From positions 18,292,001-18,356,000 of the forward strand of contig NC_087245.1 of assembly GCF_037042905.1 (NCBI RefSeq): a stretch of 64,000 nucleotides of DNA, given 5' to 3'. How positions within the stretch are numbered: the stretch's first letter is position 1; every line of letters begins with the position of its first letter. Positions 13,701 to 26,091 of the stretch are shown here, piece by piece. The translations under genes were made by a program, and so were the position numbers. The notes beneath the pieces are model-generated. The model made no database searches. It saw nothing but the letters and a program-made list of their open reading frames with translations, and was not told the origin of the DNA. Source of the DNA: Lytechinus pictus (taxonomy: Eukaryota).

Positions 13701-14766
13701 ATTAGGCTTCGATAAAAATACTTGGGAGTTTCATATGGGTGTCGTCTATAAAGACGCCTCATGGCTGACCTATTTTGAGAGAGAGGCCCTACCTACTACT
13801 TCAAGGATAGAACACAAATTGCACTGAAGATGCAGCTGCAAACAAAAATCATTGCAATGTTCACTTAAGTTCAATTTCATATTTAAGAGTCCATGATAAA
13901 TGCATTTGAACGGATAAAATAACCAAATGATAAATTAATATCACATATTTCATTGAACCCTTAATTCGATTCGGATTGAATTCTGGTTTTGTTTTTACTC
14001 CGATGCAATTACTTCTAGAATTATCACCATTGATATAGCTTATCACGGAATGATATAACAATAAATGGATAACACAGTTCTTTTGACAAATTGAACTCAG
14101 TACTTCTTTCATGAATTTCACAGAACACGAGGGAAAAAAGACATGAACATGAAACAAAGTTTGTAAAACATCAGTCCCTCATTGGGATTAATGATGAAGT
14201 CCACCTGAAACAACAAGTCATTTAGGGTAAATACAGAAAATTCGACAAACATAGCAGTAATTAAACAAGGATATCAAATGAAAGTAATAAAGTATCGCTT
14301 TTTTTCACAAAACAGTAATTTTGCACATGCTGGCCAGTGTGCAAATGAGTGAGCCGATGATGTCACGAACTCACTATTTTCTTTGTACTTTATGAAATAA
14401 GAAATATCTAGGTTTGATAGATTAGACGATAAAGAAGCCTTCGACTAAATCCTTCAAAAGTAAATAATAATAGTTTTATATATTAAATGAGAAATTAAAT
14501 AAAGCAATATCATACGAAAAAATGATTATTTGATATTAACAAAAATGCCAATATGTAGTGTTCCATATATCGACCTTTTTCCGCTTGCCTACCAATGATA
14601 AGCCTATCACTGTTTTCTGAAAATAACTGAAAAATTGATGTCTTTGATGATTTTTTTTTCGTTAGAATTACAAGACACAATAAAAAAGCAAACATACTAT
14701 CTATTAGTTCTATGAAAAGGCATCAGAAGGAGGGGAGTGAACATGACTATGAAAGAAGGATACCTG

Positions 14767-15021
14767 GGGCCCGTCTTACAAAAAGTTGCGATTGATCCGA
14801 TCAATCGCAACTATGGAAAGCCAGCAACGTCAACATATGAAATGCATGTTTGTTCAAAACATTTTCTAGATATGAATGTATATTTCTCGACAATGTGGTG
14901 TGATTTCCTTTGTTTACAAAGGACATTTTGCAAATTTCCTGTAGAAAAAATTATGGCACTGATAGATTTCCATAGAGTTACGATTGATTGGATCAATCAT
15001 AACTCTCTGTAAGACGGGGCC
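14767..15021. mobile_element. Harbinger-like MITE
   Basis: TIRs GG(G/C)CCCGTCTTACA; TSD CTG; subterminal palindrome AGTTGCGATTGATCCGATCAATCGCAACT. Confidence 0.8.
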
Positions 15022-17637
15022 CTGGAATACAAGATTCATCAACATAGTGCCATGTTTAATCTAATTTGATATAAATAGTAGAGAATAACAAATCTATCGG
15101 CTCATCGACAAGTTAACAGGCAAACGTCCTCTCAGTTTATTTAGTTTGATAATTATTTTAGTTATATATTATTTATATCATTTATTATTATTTATAATTG
15201 ATTATATTATATTTATTTACATTCATGAATAGAATTATGATTCAGGTTTTGTATTACATATTTTATTTTTACTTACACATTTCTTTGAGCATGGAAACCC
15301 ATATTGTCAGTCTTTGATGAGTTTTTCAGTTAACCCAAATTTAGATTGATTATTAATTCAAAAAATTAGATTAATAGCTAAAGAAATACATGGGAAAATT
15401 ATATAATTCTATGCGATGTAATGAATGGATTCAGTAGAATATGAATAAATAGGAAATATTATTCACGTTTCTTTGGCACATATTCCATTTGTTTTCGAAA
15501 AAACCTTACTCACACTACTCGCAAAATATAAATTTAATTATATGTTTAATAGAGAGAATGAATCATACCCGGAACTGTGTCTGTTAATGATGTTTATGTG
15601 TTTCAATATTAAGTCTGTATCCCTCTAAATTCAAGATTTTGAATGATGATGCGTGAATCAATATAATGGAATTTTATTCAAACACAATAATAGAATTAAC
15701 AAAAAAATATTGAGCTCTCCATTAATGACATGAGTAACATATTCCAGTTTGATAATGTTTGCGTATATGCAAAATAAGAATTATATAATGATACCATTCA
15801 TTTATTATGCTATTTAAGAAATTCTAGCAAACATCACTCTGTTTTTATATAAATGTTTGAATGTTCCAGACAGACAATGTCATGTGTCAGATTTTAAAGA
15901 GTGGCAAGCAACAACTACAGAACAAAACACACCCTACCACGATCATATTAATATTTCTGATATGATCACGTTTCAACCTACCTGATTCTCTGAAAATACT
16001 CCTTTTCCAGTCTCAAACCGAACGATTGTCATTGCAAATGTCATCGTCTACCCACCGAATCCATCGGTCTACCAAAATATGCCCGATCTGGCGTTTTATG
16101 TTTCATTCCTTTGTGGGTGTGTTTTGACTCATGTTAGGATAGAGGACAGTTGCCCGTGTAGTTGCCTAATGTGGTAATTAATTGTGTTGGGTATTTGTTT
16201 TTATTCGGTTTGATATTTCGGAAAATTTAGAACGAACAAAGCGATCGAGCAAAACCCAAGATCTTTCTTAATTTTAAATTAGAAATGGTGTTTTTTTTTA
16301 AAAATAAATTCTGCATCTAAATTTTCAATAATGTTAAAAGATTTCTAAACGTTAACAGAAATATTACCATATGATTTTTTTTGAAAATGTAATTTAAGTC
16401 CTATATATTGTCATTTTATATAAGAAAGCAAATAGGGGCGGGGCAACTTGAAGGTAAATGGGCTGAAAGATGTTTTCAAATTTCACTTGGCATACACCCA
16501 AACCAATTTTAGTTGGTCAAGGACTGATGCCCTGCAAGGATGTACAGTTACCGAGTCAAATTGCCGGGGATGAGGTTGGCACAGGATGGTCATGTGATGC
16601 TACGGTTACGCCAAGTGTTTCCTTGCGGGTAATTCATTCAGGAAGCTACCCGTTTACCATCCCTTAAAACTCGAACAAAATTGTTTTGCAAGATGCATGA
16701 TCTTCATATCTTGATGAGGTTATACAATAATCGACCACCAACTGGAAAAAAAACCACAGCAACCATTTCATATCACACACCAGCAGCATATAAAATGATT
16801 TTTTTTATCACGCCTCTTGCCAACTAATTTTCGTGTTTTCATTGTATGATAGTATTAGTATTACTACTATTTAATGCTTTGTCTCTTTTTCTTATTTTTA
16901 TGAACTGATGCAATGCTCCCAAATTATTGTGATTTGGGCAGTTCATGTAGAACTGAAAAAAAAATTGAATTTTTGAGGGCAGGGGTCAATCGTACAAACA
17001 AGTTGGCTGATTCGTCTCCAAGTGCTTCTATGAAGGATGTTAACTCCGATAAATTTTGGAATATCAATAAAATTTTATTAGAATGGATTCCCCACACTGA
17101 AGATCAAGTTGGCAAGAACGTAAAGTGTCAAATTAAAAAAGCAAAACATTTCATCGCAATTGAACAAAATAACAACTTTAAGAGATTGTATTGTTTCCAG
17201 AAATCAGAACTGAGGAAGCTCTGTCCAAAACAAAGGGTGATGTGTAGTAACAAGTCTCTCCTTTATTTTGTATTTCATTACTTTAATTAAAAATCCGCCA
17301 ATTTTCCCCCTTCAAGAAGGTGAATTAATAATCCTTATGTAATGACCAATGTACAAATCTCACTCGCTTTTACTTGATATTTTGGTTGGAGGGAGAATTT
17401 TCTTTGAAACCATAAGTTCTGAAAAAAACTAATGAACCGGGAAATTGAATTGCTTATTACATAAATAATAATAATTATAACAAAATAACATCACTTTGCT
17501 TTCCATTATCGGCCTCTGTAAACTTTGTACTTTGTATTTTTGATTTTTTAACAAGTCCTTATACATTGGTATTTATAATTCATATAGCATTTTTCATTTA
17601 TTTGACGTACGATAAAACAGCAATGTGGATAAAATAA

Positions 17638-17715
17638 GTACCGAGAATCGAACCCGACCCGGATACTCGAATCTGCAATCAAGCGCCGCGCCTTAGACCA
17701 CTTGGCCACGGTACC
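17638..17715 (-). mobile_element. tRNA-like SINE head or tRNA pseudogene
   Basis: GGTACCGTGGCCAAGTGGTCTAAGGCG...GGGTTCGATTCTCGGTAC. A and B boxes are present, but the anticodon and T arms do not fold canonically. Confidence 0.6.
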
Positions 17716-20700
17716 GCCGCTTGTACTTCAACGGCATTTTGTATGATGACATAAGTCCCTATAATATGCCGCGCCCTGCCATGCCCCGACGTTGTACACG
17801 TGACCTTCATTTCATACGTCGTTTTTCCCGGTTTTATAGGTAAGCAGGACCGCTCTCTGATTTTAGTCCAAATCTTAGTTACATTTCATTAATTTCTGCT
17901 TGCTGTTTATACTTTCGTGTAAGTGTAAGTGAATCAGTATAGGAATGCGTTATATGTTCAGATAGTTTGATATTTGTTTACAGAAAAGTGTAATTCGAGG
18001 CGAGAAAGATGTTACGTAATGAAATGTGAAGGGAGTCAATGCATTACACACGTAGGTGAATTGAATGCATATGCCTGTATTTGTATGTACGACGTGCATA
18101 GACCGATGACCAATGCCTATGCGCACACAGTCCATTAGGCCTTGGCGTCACGATACCGTTGTCAAAGTCCGGAGCGCTCTGGAGGCCATTACCATTACCG
18201 ACACGTGAGATTCTTATCTACGCATGTCGCATGGGAATACACGTTTCCTATATAATTATGGCATGCATGAGCTAAATACCCCAGGCGCGGATCCAAGATT
18301 TCGTGGGGAGGGGGGCCCAAATTTGACCTGATTTTGGGCGCCCATGTGTACTTTTCGAAAAATGGCGCCCCCTCCCTCCCGGCCAGGCTAACTTAAATGT
18401 AACTTAAAAGCCTTAAATGTATTTTGAATTATTGCATAGGCCTAATCACATTAAAAAAAAAGGCAATTAAATACCACTTTTTTAATGTGTTCTTGAAAAA
18501 TAATCCATGAATATATAATGTAATATCAATGGGAGCGCGAAGCGCGAGCGATTTTTGGGGGTCTCAATTTGGTTTAACTTCTCACCAGAGTAGGCCCTAC
18601 TAGAATATTGTGTGAACGGGAGCTGTAGTTTCTTTACTAGTTGTTTAGAATAGCCTTCAATAATATCAATGATAACCTCTTGGGAATAATGCAATCTCGA
18701 AGCAATCGACTCAATCTCCTCATCAGTGGCGAAGCTGTGATTTATTCAGCAGGGTAGCACGGGGGGGGGGGGCTTGTTGAACTTTTGTAGAGGGCACCAA
18801 GATAAAAAAATAAAAATAAAATGGGGGGGGGGGTAGAAGTTAAAGAAATTCCGAAATTTTATTCTTAAAAACACATTGAGGTATCTCACAAGGCCTAAAT
18901 AAATAATGATAACGCGAAGCGCGATATATTTGACATAATATTTGGAAAATAACATCGTATTTCACCATAATCCCTTTCCTTTTCATTCTTATTTTCTTGG
19001 TCGTGATTTTTATTTTATTTTATTTTATCTATTTTTTTTTTTTTTGGGGGGGGGGCAAAACGCCCATGTCCTAACAGTCATATCCTAGCTTTACTTTATA
19101 AACAACATTAATGTGCAATAATCTCATAAGCCCTAAGCGAGATAAAAAAATAATTAAATTTAATGTATTTTGACCTGAAAATTGAACATTCTGGGCAATG
19201 TTTGTGAACCTGAACAACATGCGTATGTAATTAGATATTTACTACGAGCGCGAAGCGCGAGCAGACATTTGTAATGTGCGTTCTGGCCTGGTCGAAAAGG
19301 GACCTGTTAAGGACGTTTTGAATTAGCCATTAAGACGATACATATTTCAACGATTAAAAAAATGCGAGCGCGAAGCGCGAGCTGAACATTTCTGATATTC
19401 CAACCTAAAAAAATAGATTTCAAACCCCCAACGGGACACTCGATTCATGTTTTGTCACTCATGAAAAATGATGGGTAGTTTTTTGTATCTTCCTACATTA
19501 ATAATGCGAGCGCAAAGCGCGAGCAGAAAATTTTTGATATTCTGATCTGAAACTGGATAATTTTAGCACGTTTTTAATAAGATCAAGATGCGTATCTCAA
19601 TAAACATGCGTGCACGTGTTTTAGAGTTAGACAGAATCTGGGCATTCTGCTGGAAATAATATTTGAAATTCCGAAATGAAATGGGTCAATTTAAGCAATA
19701 TTTAAAGCACTGTGTATATAGGGGAATTGTGAAGTGGATGTGGAAAGCACTTAATAAATGATGCGAGCGAAGCGCGAGCTGATATTTTATTATTATTTTA
19801 AACTAGGATCGAGACATTTTAGGCCTAAGGACATTTTGTCATTATATAAAAATGATGCCTATTCCTCTTCCTAAAACTTGTCGATATATTTTTCTGAAAA
19901 AGGGACAAACTAGTTATGAATTCATAAAAAAAAAATTATTTCATATTTATTAATCTAATAAGCCTAATGAGTGCGTGAAATTTGTTGACAGTGCATGAGG
20001 TCTGAAAAACTGGATATTTTATATTTTTTGTAATCATGAACAGCATTCATGGGTAGATACATTTATAGCAAATAATGCGAGCGCAAATCGCGATCCGAAA
20101 TTTTTTAATGAGGGGAATTCAAGTAGTTTGTTATAAAATATATAGGTACAGTGGCGTACCGTGGGTCACGGCATGGGGGGGGGGCACCACCACAAATTTG
20201 GTGTCACTTAGGGAGCGCGCTCAGTTGCCAGGTATGCTGACCTAATAGAGAAATTTTAAGGACATGCAATGCCATTAAACGGATAAGTATCTCACTGATT
20301 AAATAATGCGAGCGCGAAGCGCGAGCTGAAAATTGTTGATATTCAGACCTAAAAGGGACATTATAAGCAAATTTTTTGTAATCGTGATACGTACCTGTCT
20401 CGCTAAACAAACAATGCGAGCGCGAAGCGCGAGCTACAATTTTTGTATATATTGGCCCCAAACAGGGACATTTTAAGGACTATATATTTAAGGTATCCAT
20501 TAAGAGTATGCATATCTCAGCATAGTCATATAATGATAGTGGCATCCTTTGTTGATTTTGTTAGAATTACATCTGAACATATAAAGCACTTTTTGTAGTC
20601 ATTGTAATCATGATTATCATACGCATCTCACTAATCAAATACTGCGAGCGCGAAGCGCGAGCTGAAAATCTATGAAATTCAGACCTGAAGAGGGGCATTC

Positions 20701-21799
20701 TAAGGCTTGTTTGTAGGAATTCACTAAGTCCTTACGTATTTCACTAACCAAATGATGCGAGAGCGCGAAGCGCGAGCTAAAAAATGTTGATATTCAGATC
20801 AGAAAAATTGACATTTTAAGTACTGATTTTAGGAATTCATGAAGAGCAGACATCTCACCAATCAACTAATGCGAACGTTAGCACGGACAGGAAATGTTTT
20901 ATATTAAGACCTTAAAATTGGGCGATCACTTTAAAGGGAATAAAACCTTTGGAATAAGTAGGCTTGTATCGAAACAGAAAAATCAAAGAATAAGAACAAA
21001 GAAAGTTTGAGAAAAATCGGATAAATAATAAGAAAGTTATGAGCATTTGAATATTGCAATCACTAGTGCTATGGAGATCCTCCCGTTGGCAATACGACAA
21101 TGATGTGTGATGTCAATTTCCCTTTGATGGACTATAAAATACCCTCAAAATGTCTCTTTCTGCTTTTTCTTGTGGTGATACAAACTTTTAACCATGATGT
21201 ATTCTTTGAAAACTTTTTTATGATGAAATGAAAAGGACATTTTCAGTTGTTGGATTAGAATATAAAATATTTTCAGCTTGAGCTTCTCGTTCGCATAAAA
21301 AAAAACTGTGAGGTCGGGATGCGTATATAACTAAACAGTGATGCGAGCGCGAAGCGCGAGCTCAATTTTTTTATATACTGACTTAAGAAGGACTCTTTTA
21401 GGTGTAATTCCTATTCTAAAAGTTTTTCCTTCATCTCTTCGTCTTTTTTTTCTTTTTCTTTCCTTTTTTTGCGCCACCTAGGGGGGGGGGGGCAAAAACT
21501 TTTCCCCCTGGATCGGCCTATGTATATTGATTTGAAAAACACTTATGTACGTGTGATCGATGGAGAGGATACACACCTCACTAATCAAATATTGCGAGCG
21601 CGTAGCACCAGCTGAATTTGATATTAACCCCTTTTCTGACCCTGAACAGGATACCTATCTCGCCAAACAAACTTCAAACTCGAGCACATTGATTTTTGTC
21701 TATTATCGTAAAAACGGGATATTTTAAATCAGCCGCATTAATGTAACCATTTTGGGCAGGAAATAAATTTCACTATAAACAGGCAATACGAGCAATGTT

Positions 21800-22856
21800 G
21801 CGCCCCCGGTCGAACATGAATTCGCATGGAGCCCCCTAAGTTTAAGGTCAATTTGGCGCCCTCCGTTGAACATGAATTTGGCGCCATGTGAAATATCACT
21901 ATGCCCTCCCCCTTCTGAAACATGTATTTGTCGCCTTATGGTCAAACATCAAATTAGCGCTCCCCTAGTTCGAACATCAATTTGGCGCCCCGCTAGTTTG
22001 AACATCAATTCGGCGCTCCCCTAGTTCGAACATCAATTTGGCGCCCCTCCCAGTTCAAACATCAATCTGGTGCCCCCATCTAGTTCGAAAATTAATTCGC
22101 CCCCTCCCCCTTGTTCAAACATCAATTCGGAGCCCCGTAGTTCGAACGTCATTTTGGTGCCGCCTAGTTCGAATAGCAATTCGGCGCCCCCTAGTTCGAA
22201 CATCAATTTGGCGCCCCTAGTTCGAACATTTAATCGGCGCCCCCAGATGTCGAACATAAATTTTGCGCCCCTACGTCGAACATCAATTCGGCACACCCCC
22301 CCCCCCCCTACGTCGAACATCTATTTGGCCTCCCTAGGTCGAACATCAATTTGGCGCCCCCAGTTGGAACATCAAATTGGCGCCCCTAGTTCGAATATCA
22401 ATTCGGCGCCCCCTAGTTCAAACACCAATGTGGTGCCCCTAGTTCGAGTATCAATTCGGCGCCCCTACATGTAGGTCGATCATCAATTCGCCCCCCCCCC
22501 CCCCCGTTCGAACATCAATTTGACCCCCAGTTCGAACTCAATTTGGCTTCCCTAGTTCGAATATCATTTCGCCCCCCTAGCTCGAGTATCAATTTGGCGC
22601 CCCCCTAGTTCGAACATCGATTCGGCGCCCCCTTAGTTTGAGTATCAGTTTGGCGCCCCCTAGCTCGAACATCGATTCGCCCCCCCCCCCCCTAGTTCGA
22701 GTATCAATTTGGCGCCCCCAGTTCGAACATCATTTTAACATCCCTTCGAACATCATTTCGGCGCCCCCCTAGTACGAACATCGATTCGGCGCCCCCGTAG
22801 TTTGAGTATCAGTTTGGCGCCCCCTAGCTCGAACATCGATTCGCCCCCCCCCCCCC
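21800..22856. repeat. ~27-30 bp minisatellite (CTAGTTCGAACATCAATTTGGCGCCCCC)
   Basis: More than 30 tandem diverged units inside the hAT-like element. Confidence 0.92.
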
Positions 22857-23201
22857 CTTTCCTCTCCATTTTCCTTCCCTTCCTTCCCCCTCTTCCCTTT
22901 TTCTTCTTTTCTTTCCCCCTTTCCTCTCTCTTTTTTCTCCTCTTCTTCCTTCCCCCTTTTCCTCTCTCTTTTCCCCTCTTCTTTTCCCCTTTCTCTCTCT
23001 TCTCTTCTTTCCTCCTTCTTCCTCTCTCTTTTTTTGTCCTTTTCCTTTCCCTTTCCCCCTCTCCCTCTCTCCTTTCCTCTTTTCTTTCCCCCCTTTTCCT
23101 CTCTCTTTTTTCTTCCCTTCTTCCCCCTCTTCCTTTCTTCTTTTTCTTCTTTTCTTTCCCCTCTTTTTTCTCTTTCTTCCCCTCTCTTCTTTTTTTTTTT
23201 T
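22857..23201. repeat. Polypyrimidine tract
   Basis: ~345 bp almost exclusively C/T. Confidence 0.9.
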
Positions 23202-24059
23202 AGCCGAAGGGGGGGGGGCCAAGGCCCCCTCGGCCCCCCATGGATCCGCGCCTGAAATACCCCGGGTATAGACCGATTTGGTTTGGAAGCTGCTTTATGA
23301 CTTCTCACTTGGGGCGTCAAGTATGCCTAACAAAAGATAATTATAATGGACTAAACATAGCAATACACCTGTATCATGGCATCATTCATCAACAGTAGAC
23401 TTACAGGAGCAACACTGGAGCTACAGTAGAACGGAACATATCCCGTCACCAAATGCGAGGATCAGTGGCGTAGTGAGCCCAAAAATCTGAGGGGTCAAAC
23501 CTGATTATGGGGCAATATTTTGTAGAAAAACAAATGTGCGAGCGAGCATATTTTTCAATGTTCATACAAAACAAATTGTGATAGTTTTTAACATAATATT
23601 CAGAAGTTATATCATATTACACCCTTTTCCTTTCCTTTCTTTTTCTATTTTTTCTTTGGTTGCGAAAATTTAAAGGTGCCATGGCCTCCGAGGCTCTAAG
23701 TCCCCCAGTGTTTTGAAGTCGCTAGACCAAACTTTAGACTGATTCACAATTCCTCTAATGTATGCTATTGTACAGAAATTATTCTACAATAAATAATAAA
23801 ATATGATAATAATTTCACAGACCAACTAAATCTGTATTTGAACTTATCTATTTCTTAAGCTTTGTAAACATTTCGATTCGCTACATTGAGAAAACTGTGT
23901 CTTAGACAGACAAAAAGTCCTCCCACCATTTTCCTCATTGATAACTTTACAACCTGAAACTGTGCAGGCTGCAAGTACAGCCTCGGCCGTTCAAAGGCAC
24001 CAGAAATCGAATTAATTAGAAGGGAAATAAGGGAGCACCTTGATGTCTATTAGCACTGA

Positions 24060-24160
24060 CACGCATATCTTTGGAAACCAAGGTTTTTACAGCATCGCGC
24101 CTAGACGTGTGGGAATAGCCCACGTGATGCTGTTAAAGAGGGACTTCAAAACAAGGTATC
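24060..24160 (+). mobile_element. Possible old L2-like LINE remnant
   Basis: FGNQGFYSIAPR then a frameshifted W/NS, resembling the FGDRAFSxxAPxLWNSLP motif. Confidence 0.3.
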
Positions 24161-24650
24161 AATTTGGCGAGGAAATTGCCCATATTACGCCATTCATTAT
24201 TTTCATTGTATCTCGGAATTGATCTGTAGAATGCCCAGGGACTCCTTCAGTGATTAGCTGTTGACAACATCCGGCTTAGCACTACCAACACCTTGTTCAT
24301 TTTGATTAGTTTAATTACTGAATTTCTCCTCTCTTCATTGTTTCCGTTTTTCATTTTTCGAAAGAATAATATCTTGAACTCAACCAGTGCCAAACTTAAG
24401 GACGTGCATTTTTTCCCTTGAGTTGCTTTATTTCATAGCCATTAGTTGAGATATCAAGATCAAATTGTTATAATCATGATAATGACTCAAATCTTGTTCA
24501 TGATCGGGGTTATTTCTTTGTTTGTACTCAATAATCACACCCGGATTTATTCATGATAATAGAGCCTTAAGGAGCTGAACGCACAGCATTTCAGTTACCT
24601 TTGAAAATCTTATCTCCTGTCTTTCTATATAAAAAGTACATAGCCATTTT

Positions 24651-26091
24651 CAACCGCGTAGCCAGGATTTCATTTTGGAGGGGGCGGTAAATGCACGCGA
24701 AGCGTGCCAACACTTACAGAGTGTGCGAAGCGCGCTCCCCAGGGGGTGGGTGCAGGGAGGAGGAATTTGCCCCTCCCGCGCGAAGCGCGAAGCTTTCGGC
24801 GTTTCATGAATTAAAATGAAAAGGAGCCGTCTCTCTTGTCTCTAGTACCTATATCAGCTCCAATTCAGTTGACTATATTGTGATTTTGAACCTTGTTTTC
24901 AAAAGTGATTGTGAATGCACAAAAAAGGATAAAATGGAGGAAATTAAAATAACAATTACCCCGCGCAAGGCGTGGAAGCTTAAGTGTTTTATCAAAAATT
25001 TTCCAAAGAAAAGGGTCCCGAGATAAGGGTTCTCTAAGTTACAATGAATACGTCCCTTGGAAAGATCAGATTTGATTACAAACAATTATATCTTTAACTC
25101 GCAAAATAGATGAAAAAGGGTATATGCCGGGAGGAAGATATTCCTCCCCGCCCTGAGCAATGAAACTCTGAAATTTCAAAGGGCAGACGTTTCATCAAAT
25201 GCAGATATCTCTAATACCCCATCGGCTCTAATTAAATTGATTCTATAAGATTATTGAAATTCATTACAAGGAAAATAGTGCACAAAAATTGAAACTTCTG
25301 TGATTTATTAAATTATATGAAAAATTAAAAGGATGATTTCTTTGACTATTATCCTGAACCGCTTCATTTTGAATGATAAAGAAACTTAGGTGTCATTCAA
25401 AATTTCAAACTGAGGGCGTAAAACAGGACAGGAGATGAATGTGCAGGGACATGAAGTTTAATAGAATTTGAAGAAAAAAAACATTGTACTTTTTTATTTA
25501 ATACGACACGAATTGTATAACTTCCTCTTTTTAAATAAGTACCTGTTTGCCCCCAAATTATGGTTGTTTAGTAATGAGCTGAAAAGCGGGAGAAGTTGCC
25601 TATATGGAGGTGACGGCAGAAATTGATATTAAGATTTTACCCGCCCGGAGTCGACCCGACCAGAAGTTGCGCGATCAATTTGAAAAAAAAAGATAACTTC
25701 ATATACTTCGGACTAACCTTACTCTAATTCCATGCCCTAATGTATACATTTGAACTTTAACTGGCAAGAAACACATAGCTGAGGTGGAAAAACAGGGTTA
25801 GAGAAAGGGTGAGGGGATACAAAGGAGAACTGCAATCCCGGGACTGCAATATTGTCATTTAACCGCGCGCGGCGCGGAAGCAAAATTCATATAAATTTGG
25901 AGCAAGAGTGAAAGATTTTCTCTGTTGAGAAAAAATAAGAATAAAAAGAAAACCCACAAAGCTACATTTTTTCCCTTTCCTCCCTTCGCTTTTCCTTTTC
26001 TCCTCTCTTTTTTCCCTTCTTTTTTTTCTTTTTGGGGACGTTTGGGGGGGGGGGCGACCGCCCCCACCGCCCCCCCCTGGCTACGCGCATG
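24651..26091. mobile_element. Non-autonomous hAT-like element, copy 1
   Basis: Same termini as copy 2; 8-bp TSD GCCATTTT (24643-24650 and 26092-26099). Confidence 0.88.

Larger units (their letters stand above)
18282..23254. mobile_element. ~5 kb composite non-autonomous hAT-like element
   Basis: Perfect 14-bp TIR CAGGCGCGGATCCA; 8-bp TSD AAATACCC (18274-18281 and 23255-23262). Contains nested hAT-like ends (18724, 20149, ~21522), a minisatellite and a polypyrimidine tract. Confidence 0.85.

Noticed and set aside
17638..17715. Functional tRNA gene
   Set aside because: The cloverleaf is incomplete; treated as a SINE head or pseudogene.
21800..22856. CRISPR-like array
   Set aside because: Head-to-tail minisatellite with no unique spacers, in a eukaryotic context with no cas genes.
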